Assembly (NCBI GenBank): GCA_002304995.1
Contig: DBPV01000044.1
Span: forward strand, 79,943 to 128,886
Length of the DNA: 48,944 nucleotides
Reading direction: 5' to 3'
Origin: Syntrophaceae bacterium UBA1411
GTDB lineage: Bacteria; Desulfobacterota; Syntrophia; Syntrophales; Smithellaceae
Shown here: positions 36,383-44,676 of the stretch, in pieces
How the letters are laid out: each line of letters begins with the position of its first letter
How positions within the stretch are numbered: the stretch's first letter is position 1
The notes under the pieces: generated by a model
What the model was told of the DNA's origin: nothing
Databases searched by the model: none
What the model saw: only the letters and a program-made list of their open reading frames with translations
Position numbers and translations under genes: made by a program

Positions 36383-37489
36383 ATGGGATTGATCAAAGGA
36401 AATTTCTCTTTTGTGCGTTTCGAGGTGGAAGGCCGGCTGCCGCAGGCCTTCCTGACGTTTGTCAACAACCGCATCCGGGAAAACGCCTTTCGGGAAGCGC
36501 GGTCTTCGACGGAAGAAAAGCGGATGGGCTGGGTGTCCGCCACGGATGTTCTGGATTCCGATTTCGAACAGGCAAACTACGCCCTGGGCGATTATCTGAT
36601 TTTTTCGCTGCGCGTGGACCGCAAGCAGATCCCCGCCCGCCTGATGAAAATCCGCCTGCTGGAAGAGCAGCGGCGGTTCATGGCCGAGCACAACCAGCCC
36701 CGCATCGGCAAGGCCGTCACCGAAGGCCTCAGGGAAAAGATCAAACTCGAGCTTTTGACCAAAAGCGATCCCGTTCCCTCCTTTTACGACGTTTTGTGGG
36801 CGGTGGCCCAAAACAAAGTGTATTTTTCCTCGTTGTCGGACAAAATCGCAGACGACTTCGTCGATTTGTTCAAGAAAACCTTTTCCGTGTCGCTCAGGCG
36901 CGTTTTGCCCCAGGAAGTTCCCCTCGCGCTGGAGCATAAAAACCGTTCCGAAGTTCCGGCCGACGATCTTGCGCTCGTCGGTCGGGAATTTCTCACCTGG
37001 CTGTGGTTCAAGTCCGAAGAAAGAAACGGCCGCATCGCGCTTTCCTCCTCCGAGGACATCGAGCTGCACCTGCTCAAACGCATCGCCCTCGAGGCGGGCG
37101 AAGGCGAGTATGCCCAGGGCGTCGTCTGTTCGGGCCTGCACGCCGAATTGACGGAAGGCAAGGAAGCCGTCCGCCGGGGGAAGAAAGTCAAGGACGCGGG
37201 GATCAAACTCCACCGCGACGCGAATGAATGGGAGTTTGCGTTCAAAGCCGATACCTTTTACTTTCAATCGCTCAAGATGCCGGTTGAAGACGGGCGGGAA
37301 GCCGGAGAGGATCCGTCGGCCAAGCTCCTCGAACGCATTTATCTCATTGAAAAGGCGGCCACGACGATCGACGCGCTTTACGCCTCTTTTCTCGCGGTGC
37401 GTTTTTCCGCGGACTGGACGCAAAAGGAAAAGCCGCGTTTGACGGCCTGGCTCAAGCCGGATGCGGCGCCGGCGGCCGGCCCGGGATAA
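36383..37489 (+). CDS. RdgC-like recombination-associated protein (deltaproteobacterial type)
   Basis: MGWVS...LRVDRKQIPA resembles the RdgC N-terminal part. The second half begins VGREFLTWLWF. Confidence 0.65.
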   Translation: MGLIKGNFSFVRFEVEGRLPQAFLTFVNNRIRENAFREARSSTEEKRMGWVSATDVLDSDFEQANYALGDYLIFSLRVDRKQIPARLMKIRLLEEQRRFMAEHNQPRIGKAVTEGLREKIKLELLTKSDPVPSFYDVLWAVAQNKVYFSSLSDKIADDFVDLFKKTFSVSLRRVLPQEVPLALEHKNRSEVPADDLALVGREFLTWLWFKSEERNGRIALSSSEDIELHLLKRIALEAGEGEYAQGVVCSGLHAELTEGKEAVRRGKKVKDAGIKLHRDANEWEFAFKADTFYFQSLKMPVEDGREAGEDPSAKLLERIYLIEKAATTIDALYASFLAVRFSADWTQKEKPRLTAWLKPDAAPAAGPG

Positions 37490-37603
37490 AAAACTTTACA
37501 AACGGCGGGAAATGGTTAAACTGAAGACGGTTTCATTCGCATTCATACACAAGAGACGTGTAACCCGATAAATCTGCAAACCCTTGAACAACGGAGGTAA
37601 GAA

Positions 37604-37870
37604 ATGGACCCGAAACAGATCGCCAAACAGATGATCGTTTTTAACAAAACCGCCTTTGACAATAATTTCCGGGCGATGCAGGCCCTGCACGAACAAACCG
37701 AACGCCTCGTCCATAAATTCTGGGAAAAATCGCCGCTGTTTCCGGAAGAAGGCAAAAAAGCCATCTCCGACTGGATGACCGCCTACAAGAAGGGCTGCGA
37801 GGACTTCAAGAACATCGTCGACGACAACTTCAAAAAGGTGGAAGATTTCTTCAAAGAAACGCCCGAATGA
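37604..37870 (+). CDS. small amphipathic helical protein, phasin-like (uncertain)
   Basis: GGAGG RBS; 88 aa with regularly spaced F/W/M residues. Preceded by a TTTACA-16-TAAACT promoter-like element. Confidence 0.75.
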   Translation: MDPKQIAKQMIVFNKTAFDNNFRAMQALHEQTERLVHKFWEKSPLFPEEGKKAISDWMTAYKKGCEDFKNIVDDNFKKVEDFFKETPE

Positions 37871-37906
37871 ACATCGGGGGCCGCCGCCATTTTTAAAGCG
37901 GGGCGG

Positions 37907-38557
37907 CTAACGCTTGAGATGCGGGGCTAAAACGCCCTCCAGTTTCAGCCGCTGCGTTTCGACCTCGTCCGGATTCATGTCCGGCGGCAGCTTCAAAAGC
38001 GGACAGAAAGTGACGCTCACGCGGGCAAAGGGTTTGGGAACCATGTAGCGGTCCCAGCTTTTGGCGTGCCAGGCCCGGTCGGCCTCCACGTACACCGGCG
38101 CGATCGCAGCGCCCGCGCCGGCGGCGATCGCAACGGCGCCGGGCTTCACGACGCCCGCCGGTCCCCGCGGTCCGTCGAGCAGATGAACCGCCAGCTGCCC
38201 TTCGCGCAGGCGGGTGATAATCTCCCGCAGCGCCGGTCCGCCGCCGCGCGACGACGATCCGCGCACGGGGCGCGCATGCGCCGCTTCGGCGACGCGCGAG
38301 GCGATGTCTCCGTCCGTGCTGCGGGAAATCATGACCAGCGCGCGGTATTTCCTGTAGCGCCGAAACACGCGGACGCCGACAAAAAACTGCTGGTGCCAGC
38401 AGCCGATCAGAACTTTACCGCCCTTTTCGATGTGGCTGATCCACTCGGCGTCGTTGACCACGTGCAGACGAAACGTCAGCGTGTACAGCCAGGCGAGATA
38501 GTACAGAAGGCTGCCGCCGATCTTGACGGCGGCGACTTTGCGCAGTTTTTTGAACAT
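37907..38557 (-). CDS. lysophospholipid acyltransferase family protein (DUF374)
   Basis: CWH, MISRSTDG, VRGSSSRGG, DGPRGP and SWDRYMVPKPF. AGGAG before ATG 38557. Confidence 0.88.
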   Translation of the reverse strand: MFKKLRKVAAVKIGGSLLYYLAWLYTLTFRLHVVNDAEWISHIEKGGKVLIGCWHQQFFVGVRVFRRYRKYRALVMISRSTDGDIASRVAEAAHARPVRGSSSRGGGPALREIITRLREGQLAVHLLDGPRGPAGVVKPGAVAIAAGAGAAIAPVYVEADRAWHAKSWDRYMVPKPFARVSVTFCPLLKLPPDMNPDEVETQRLKLEGVLAPHLKR

Positions 38558-38703
38558 GGCCGAAACTCCTTGTCGTCCCGGCGCCAAGTAAACATGGATG
38601 GCTTTTCCACGCAAGAATAAATTGACATTCGGGCTTGATTATCGCCCGGCGATTATTTAAAAACAGGGACAAAACCGATCCCAACCGCACACGGAGGCTC
38701 TGA

Positions 38704-40290
38704 ATGAATTCAACCGGCATCGCCCAAAACCTGACCCGCCCCGATTTTTATCCGCACCGCCCGGCCGCGGTCGAAATGGTCCAGACGCACATCTCCTGGG
38801 TGTTCATCGCCGGCGACCTGGTCTACAAGGTTAAAAAGCCCGTCAACTTCGGCTTTCTGGATTTCACAACACTGGAAAAAAGAAAGTTTTACTGCGAAGA
38901 AGAAGTCCGCCTGAACCGGCGCCTCGCGCCCAGCATCTATCTGGACGTCGTGCCGATCGTCAGGCGGGAGGACGGACGGCTCCGGCCCGGCGGCCCGGGA
39001 GACGTGGTGGACTACGCCGTCCGCATGAAGAAGCTGCCGCTGGACCGGATGCTGAAGATTCTGCTGGCCCAGGGCCGGGCCGACGCAAAGGTCATGGATG
39101 CGGTCGCCCGGCGCATCGCCCGCTTCCACCGGGAAGCTGAGACCGGCGGCGCCATCGACGAAATGGGCCGGCCGGCCATCATCCGCCACAATCAGGAGGA
39201 AAACTTCGCGCAAACCGAAAAGTACGTCAACCGGACCATCCCCGCTTATCAATACGACTTCATCCGGGAGTACGTCGAAAAATTTCTGAACGTTCACAGC
39301 GAGCTTCTGGAAAGACGGGTCGCCGAGCACCGGATCCGCGACTGCCACGGCGATCTGCACCTGGAGCACATCTGCATCGCCGACGACATTCTCGTTTTTG
39401 ACTGCATCGAGTTCAACGAACGCTTCCGCTTCGGCGACGTGGCGGCCGAAGTGGCTTTTCTCACGATGGATCTCGATTACAACGGCTATCCGGAGCGGGC
39501 GGAAGATTTCGCGCGGTCCTACCTCGACGACTCCGGCGACCGGGACCTGCCCGCGCTGCTCAATTTTTACCGCTCGTATTACGCTTACGTCCGCGGCAAA
39601 GTCACCAGCTTCCGCCTGGACCAGAAAGAACTGCCCGAGGCCGAACGCAGCGACGTCATCCGCACGGCGACGCAATACTTCAATCTGTCTTACACCTACG
39701 CGGCGCGGCTGGAAAAGCCCGCGCTGATCCTGACCGCGGGGCTGATCGGCTCCGGCAAGAGTTACCAGGCCAGAAACCTGGCCGAGCGGCTGGGCGCGGA
39801 CGTCGTCCGTACGGACGTCCTGCGCAAGGAGCTTTTGCAGATCGCGCCCGCCGAAAAGCATCCCGATGCGTTCGGGCAGGGCATCTACAGCGCGGACATC
39901 ACCCGCAAAACCTACGAAAAAGCCGTGGAATGGGCCGCCGGACGGCTGGCGCAGGGCCGGCCGGTGATCATCGACGCGTCGTTTCGCAGCCGAGCCGACC
40001 GGGCGCCGGCCATCGCTCTGGCCCGAAAGCTCGCGGTGCCGCTTTATGTCATCGAATGCGCCTGTCCGGACGAACTGGTGAAAATCCGCCTGGAGAAACG
40101 CCAGCAGGACCGGGACAATCCCTCCGACGGCCGCTGGGAAATCCTTCAGGAGCAGAAGAGGCACTACGAAGCAATCTGCGAAATTCCCGCACAAAGCCAT
40201 TTCCAGGTGGACACGTCGGACAAACCGGAGCTGGCGCGCGAGCAGATTATTCGAAAAATTAAAATGGCGGAGTTAGAGCCCCCCGCGTGA
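38704..40290 (+). CDS. aminoglycoside-phosphotransferase-like kinase fused to a P-loop kinase (AAA_33)
   Basis: QTHISWVF, KVKKPV, HGDLHLEH and FDCIEFN, then GLIGSGKS and IIDASF. Confidence 0.9.
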   Translation: MNSTGIAQNLTRPDFYPHRPAAVEMVQTHISWVFIAGDLVYKVKKPVNFGFLDFTTLEKRKFYCEEEVRLNRRLAPSIYLDVVPIVRREDGRLRPGGPGDVVDYAVRMKKLPLDRMLKILLAQGRADAKVMDAVARRIARFHREAETGGAIDEMGRPAIIRHNQEENFAQTEKYVNRTIPAYQYDFIREYVEKFLNVHSELLERRVAEHRIRDCHGDLHLEHICIADDILVFDCIEFNERFRFGDVAAEVAFLTMDLDYNGYPERAEDFARSYLDDSGDRDLPALLNFYRSYYAYVRGKVTSFRLDQKELPEAERSDVIRTATQYFNLSYTYAARLEKPALILTAGLIGSGKSYQARNLAERLGADVVRTDVLRKELLQIAPAEKHPDAFGQGIYSADITRKTYEKAVEWAAGRLAQGRPVIIDASFRSRADRAPAIALARKLAVPLYVIECACPDELVKIRLEKRQQDRDNPSDGRWEILQEQKRHYEAICEIPAQSHFQVDTSDKPELAREQIIRKIKMAELEPPA

Positions 40291-40297
40291 CAAGACC

Positions 40298-41074
40298 TCA
40301 GGGGGTTTCGGCTTTTTTCTTCTTCGCCGCTGCCGCGGCTTTGGCCTGTTCTTTTTCTGCCTTGGCCTTTTGTTCCTTTTCCTGTTCGGCCAGGCGGGCT
40401 TTCGTTTCCGCGATGTAGTAATCTATCTTCATATCCATGCCCACGCCGCGGTAATCGCGGGCGATGCCTTCAAAACGCTGCAGCGCAGCGGCATATTTTT
40501 TCTGTTTGAAATAAAAGCTGCCGACGTAAAACTCGTGCTCGGCCAGCTTGGCCTTGCAGTCCCGAACCATCTTTTCCGCGAGCAGCGAAAACTTGCTCTG
40601 CGGATACCGGGCAATCAGCCGCTCGAACTCCCTCTTGGCTTTGAGCGTTTCCGTCTGGTCCCGGTCGATCGCGCCGATCTGCACAAAGTGGCACATGCCC
40701 ATCTGATAAATCGCGTAGGGAACGTTTTCGTGCGTCGGATGGAGCATCGTAAAATCCCGGTAGGCGGCTTCCGCTTCTCCGTATTCCTTGTCGCTGTAAA
40801 AGGCGTCGGCGATGCCGAGCTCGGCCAGGATCGCCAGTTCGTGCAGCGGATATTCTTCCTTGAGCCTCGTGAAAACCTCGCGGGCCTTTTTATACGAGCC
40901 GTTTTGATATTCCGTCGTGCCGCGCGCGTACAGGCCTTCCGGCGTGGACTTGATCGGCTCCTGCCTGAAGAAAAATTCGAAGACGTTTCCCTTCAGAAGG
41001 CTTGACTTATCGAAGGAGCAGCCGCTGAAAAGTAACACGAAGACCAAAACAATGCTGATGTTTTTAAACTTCAC
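40298..41074 (-). CDS. bamD: outer membrane protein assembly factor BamD
   Basis: Lipobox FSGC, TPR helices, DRDQ and LAEHEFYVGSFYFK. GTG start. Confidence 0.9.
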   Translation of the reverse strand: MKFKNISIVLVFVLLFSGCSFDKSSLLKGNVFEFFFRQEPIKSTPEGLYARGTTEYQNGSYKKAREVFTRLKEEYPLHELAILAELGIADAFYSDKEYGEAEAAYRDFTMLHPTHENVPYAIYQMGMCHFVQIGAIDRDQTETLKAKREFERLIARYPQSKFSLLAEKMVRDCKAKLAEHEFYVGSFYFKQKKYAAALQRFEGIARDYRGVGMDMKIDYYIAETKARLAEQEKEQKAKAEKEQAKAAAAAKKKKAETP

Positions 41075-41140
41075 CGTCCATCCTGTCTGTTCATGAAAAG
41101 GGAAGCAAGATTATCCCGACGTTTTGGTGCGGAAAAAGAA

Positions 41141-41470
41141 TCACAGGCTTTTATTGATCAACGCCTCGATTTTATCCTTCGGCACGAGGCCGATAACGGT
41201 GTCCGCGACTTTTCCATCCTTGAACAGCATCAACGTGGGAATGCTGCGCACGCCGTAGGCAACCGCCGATTTCTGGCTGTCGTCCACATTGAGCTTCATC
41301 ACCTTGATTTTGCCTTGATATTCGGCGGCGACCTCTTCCACAATCGGCCCGATGGCCTTGCAGGGTCCGCACCAGGGCGCCCAGAAATCGATGAGCACCG
41401 GCTTGTCGCTTTTCAGGACTTCCCCTTCAAAATTTTCGTCGGTGGCCACGGACAGAAGTTGGCTGCTCAT
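41141..41470 (-). CDS. trxA: thioredoxin
   Basis: DFWAPWCGPCK and SIPTL. Confidence 0.97.
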   Translation of the reverse strand: MSSQLLSVATDENFEGEVLKSDKPVLIDFWAPWCGPCKAIGPIVEEVAAEYQGKIKVMKLNVDDSQKSAVAYGVRSIPTLMLFKDGKVADTVIGLVPKDKIEALINKSL

Positions 41471-41598
41471 GAAACGCCCTCCTTTTTAGATTTGGGACGT
41501 TATCTCACAGCGCGGCAAAAAAAGTCAAATGCTATTTCATCCTTTTGACGAAGCCCCGTTTATCTGTTATAAAATCCGCCGCATGGAAGGAGGAAGCT

Positions 41599-42315
41599 AT
41601 GGCGCGGATTGGCGTGCTCGCGGGCACATTCATGATGGAAAAGAGTTCCCTGCTTCACGGGGGCAAAAAAGAAAAAGTGCGCACGCCTTACGGCGAGGCT
41701 TGCGCCGTCATTACGGACCGGCTGGTTTTCGTGCTGAGGCACGGCGCGGACCCGAACCACTATGTCCTGCCACACCTCATCAACCATCCCGCCAATCTCC
41801 GGGCGCTCAAAGACCTGGGCGCAACCGAGGTCATCGGCGTGAACTCGACCGGCTCCCTGAAAAAAAACCTGTCTCCGGGGCTGCTCGTGATTCCCGACGA
41901 CTTCATTTCGTTTGCGCCCACGCCGACGGTTGCCGAAGGCCGCCCCCTGCACATCGCGCCGTCGCTCAGCGAGAATGTCCGCGGCCGGCTCATCGCCGCC
42001 GCCCACAGCGCCGGAATTGCCGCAGCGGAAAAAGGCGTTTACTGGCAGGTGCCGGGCCCCCGCCTGGAAACCCGCACGGAAATCCGGATGATGTCCGCGT
42101 TCGCCGACGTGGTCGGCATGACCATGGCCAGCGAAGCGGCGGTGGCCTCAGAACTGGATCTGCCTTACGCGTCAGCCTGCTCCATCGACAATTACGGAAA
42201 CGGTCTGGTGGAAAAACCGCTCCGCATGGAGCAAATCATCGCCGGCACACGCCGCAACGCGGACATGATGAAAAAACTGCTGGAAAGTTATCTGCTTGTT
42301 ACGGCGCAGGCGTAG
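41599..42315 (+). CDS. MTAP/PNP family purine nucleoside phosphorylase
   Basis: TPYG, LRHG, STGSL, GPRLET, VVGMTMASEA and SIDNY. AGGAGG RBS. Confidence 0.88.
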   Translation: MARIGVLAGTFMMEKSSLLHGGKKEKVRTPYGEACAVITDRLVFVLRHGADPNHYVLPHLINHPANLRALKDLGATEVIGVNSTGSLKKNLSPGLLVIPDDFISFAPTPTVAEGRPLHIAPSLSENVRGRLIAAAHSAGIAAAEKGVYWQVPGPRLETRTEIRMMSAFADVVGMTMASEAAVASELDLPYASACSIDNYGNGLVEKPLRMEQIIAGTRRNADMMKKLLESYLLVTAQA

Positions 42316-43624
42316 CGCCGCCGTCCGGCGCCTGGAGCGGCAGGACGCGGATCATCAGTTTGTCGACCCGGTTGCCGTCCATATCGACGATTTCAAAAAG
42401 ATGCCCGCCGGCCGTAAACCGGTCGCCGACGGCGGGAATGCGGCTCAGGCGGTACATGGCCAGTCCGCCCAGCGTGTTGACGTCCGGACGCTCCTCCTCC
42501 GCATCGAACAGCGACGGAACGTGCAGCAAATCCTCGGCGTCCTCCACTTTCATCGATCCATCGGCCAGATAGGACCCGTCTTCGCGCCGGAAGACCTCCG
42601 CCTCGTTTTCCTCGCCCGGCGCCGGCAGATCGCCCATGATGTTCTCGGTGAGATCGTGCAGCGTGACGATGCCCTCCACGGAGCCGTACTCATTGATCAC
42701 GACGCCGAAATGCCTCTTGGTTTCCCGGAACATTTCCAGGACTTTCAGCGCGGCCGCCGACTCCGGAATGTACAGGGGCTGAAAAAGGATGTCGTCGAGG
42801 TTGAGGCGGCGGTGGCGGATGTAGTAGGACAGAACGTCCTTGACGTTCACGACGCCCCGAATCCGGTCGATCTCGTCGTCGCACACCAACATCCGGGGAT
42901 GGGGCGAGGCCAGCACATCGGCCAGAATCTTTTCTTCCGGCTGCGTGACGTCGATCCACTCCACGTCCACCCGGGGCGTCATGAGCGCGCCGGCCCGTTT
43001 GTCGCCGAAGCGGATGATCTCGTTGATCATGTCCGATTCTTCTTTTTCAATGACGCCGTGCTCGGAGCCCTTTTTGAGAAACATCCGGAGCTCCTCTTCC
43101 GTCACGGGCGCCTCATGGCGGTTCTGCACGCCGAAAAATTTCAAAACCAGCTTTGTGGAAGCGCTCAGCGTCCACACGACGGGATAGGTGAGCGTTCCGA
43201 AGAGCTTCATGGCGGGGGACAGGAAAGTGGCGATCGCTTCCGCGTTGTTGAGAGCGATGGTTTTCGGCACGAGCTCGCCGATGATGAGCGACAGGTAGGT
43301 GATGATTCCCACCACCAGCACGACGGAAAGCGTCTCGGCGTAAGGCGCGAGCCAGGAGACCGGCTGCAAAAGCAAAGCGACGTCGCGCGACAGCGCCAGT
43401 CCTCCGTAGGCGCCGGAGACGATGCCGATGAGCGTAATGCCGACCTGAATCGCCGAGAGGACCTTTTCCGGCTCTTCCAGGAGCGCCAGAGCCGTTTTCG
43501 CGCCCAGGCGGCCCGCCCGGGCTTCCTCCTCCAGGCGCGAACGGCGCGCGGAAATCAGGGCGATTTCGAACATCGCGAAAACGCCGTTGAGCAAAAGCAA
43601 GAGGGCAATGATCAGCACTTCCAG
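42299..43624 (-). CDS. hemolysin family (CNNM/DUF21-CBS-CorC) membrane protein
   Basis: NGVFAMFEIA, IQVGIT, GELVPK, MTPR, EYGSVEGIVT and TLGG. Start at CTG 43624 or GTG 43618. Confidence 0.92.
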   Translation of the reverse strand: MEVLIIALLLLLNGVFAMFEIALISARRSRLEEEARAGRLGAKTALALLEEPEKVLSAIQVGITLIGIVSGAYGGLALSRDVALLLQPVSWLAPYAETLSVVLVVGIITYLSLIIGELVPKTIALNNAEAIATFLSPAMKLFGTLTYPVVWTLSASTKLVLKFFGVQNRHEAPVTEEELRMFLKKGSEHGVIEKEESDMINEIIRFGDKRAGALMTPRVDVEWIDVTQPEEKILADVLASPHPRMLVCDDEIDRIRGVVNVKDVLSYYIRHRRLNLDDILFQPLYIPESAAALKVLEMFRETKRHFGVVINEYGSVEGIVTLHDLTENIMGDLPAPGEENEAEVFRREDGSYLADGSMKVEDAEDLLHVPSLFDAEEERPDVNTLGGLAMYRLSRIPAVGDRFTAGGHLFEIVDMDGNRVDKLMIRVLPLQAPDGGATPAP

Positions 43625-43685
43625 CGGAATGGGTCCTTCCTCACTTTATTTTCTCGCGCGCGGCGGGCGGCCTCCCGACGGACCG

Positions 43686-44636
43686 TCACAGCGCGCAATG
43701 GCCGAACTCCGGCGGCTCCAGGATGGCGATTTTACGGCGTCTGAGGTATTCGGGGAAACCGTAAAGGGGCTGGCCGCGGTACGAGATGACGACGGCGCCG
43801 GCCGGACAGTTGTTGAGGCAGCCGAAGCAGGCCAGGCACCGGTCCCGGTCCACCCGCTGCTTTTCCGGATGGATGGCGTCCACCGGGCACTTCTTCACGC
43901 AGGCGCCGCACAAAATACATTTGGCCTTATCCACCGTGTGCGCGCTGATCGCCTTCTTGTTGAGCCAGACCAAAGGCAGCATCCGCGCCAGTTCCCTCAG
44001 TTCGATTTCCGAAGCATAGGAGATCGGCGTTCCCTGCTGAATCCGGTCCAGTGTTTTGGTGGCGAAGCGGCGCACCGCGTTGTACGTCGCCTGATCGGGC
44101 AGATGCTCGCCCGACCGCTGATTTTCGCTGTCCCACGCCGGCGTGGGATAGGACGGAATGCTGCGAAAGGCCTCCATTCCCGCGGGCACGCCGCCTTTTT
44201 CCGCCAGCAGATGCAGCACATGGCACAGCGCGTTATGCTGATTGCCTTCCGGCCCGCCGAACGACACGAAAGCGGCGACGGGGACCCCCGGAATCGCGGG
44301 AATACCGGCCAGCCAGTCGCTGACGTTTTGCGGAATGTCGTAGTAAAAAACCGGCGAACCGATCCAGATCAGGTCATAGTCGGCCATGCGCTTTTTATCG
44401 AAATGCCGCATGTCGGCCAGATCAACCGCCAGCCCCCGATCCCTGAGGGTGCAGCCGATCAGCCGGCCGTAGCGGTCCGTGAACCCGGACTGGCTGTAGC
44501 ACACCACCAGCGCGCGCTGCGGGCTCCGGGTCTTGAATTCCCGGGCGGCCGCCCGCGCGGTTGCGGCGGAAAGCGGCCAACTGAGCACGGCGCACAGGAT
44601 GGCGCTCTTGATGATAAAGTTTCTTCTGGTTTCCAT
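43686..44636 (-). CDS. EFR1-family flavodoxin-ferredoxin fusion with twin-arginine signal
   Basis: TRRNFI signal; YSQSGFT and GSPVFY flavodoxin-like motifs; CILCGACVKKCP and CLACFGCLNNCP. Confidence 0.85.
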   Translation of the reverse strand: METRRNFIIKSAILCAVLSWPLSAATARAAAREFKTRSPQRALVVCYSQSGFTDRYGRLIGCTLRDRGLAVDLADMRHFDKKRMADYDLIWIGSPVFYYDIPQNVSDWLAGIPAIPGVPVAAFVSFGGPEGNQHNALCHVLHLLAEKGGVPAGMEAFRSIPSYPTPAWDSENQRSGEHLPDQATYNAVRRFATKTLDRIQQGTPISYASEIELRELARMLPLVWLNKKAISAHTVDKAKCILCGACVKKCPVDAIHPEKQRVDRDRCLACFGCLNNCPAGAVVISYRGQPLYGFPEYLRRRKIAILEPPEFGHCAL

Positions 44637-44676
44637 CGCGACCTCCCGCCGGTTTCTGTTCAGGACCGGCCGAACA

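Noticed and set aside
42299-42315. 17-nt convergent overlap of the phosphorylase and CNNM genes
   Set aside because: Short tail-to-tail overlaps are common, and there is no other supporting signal.
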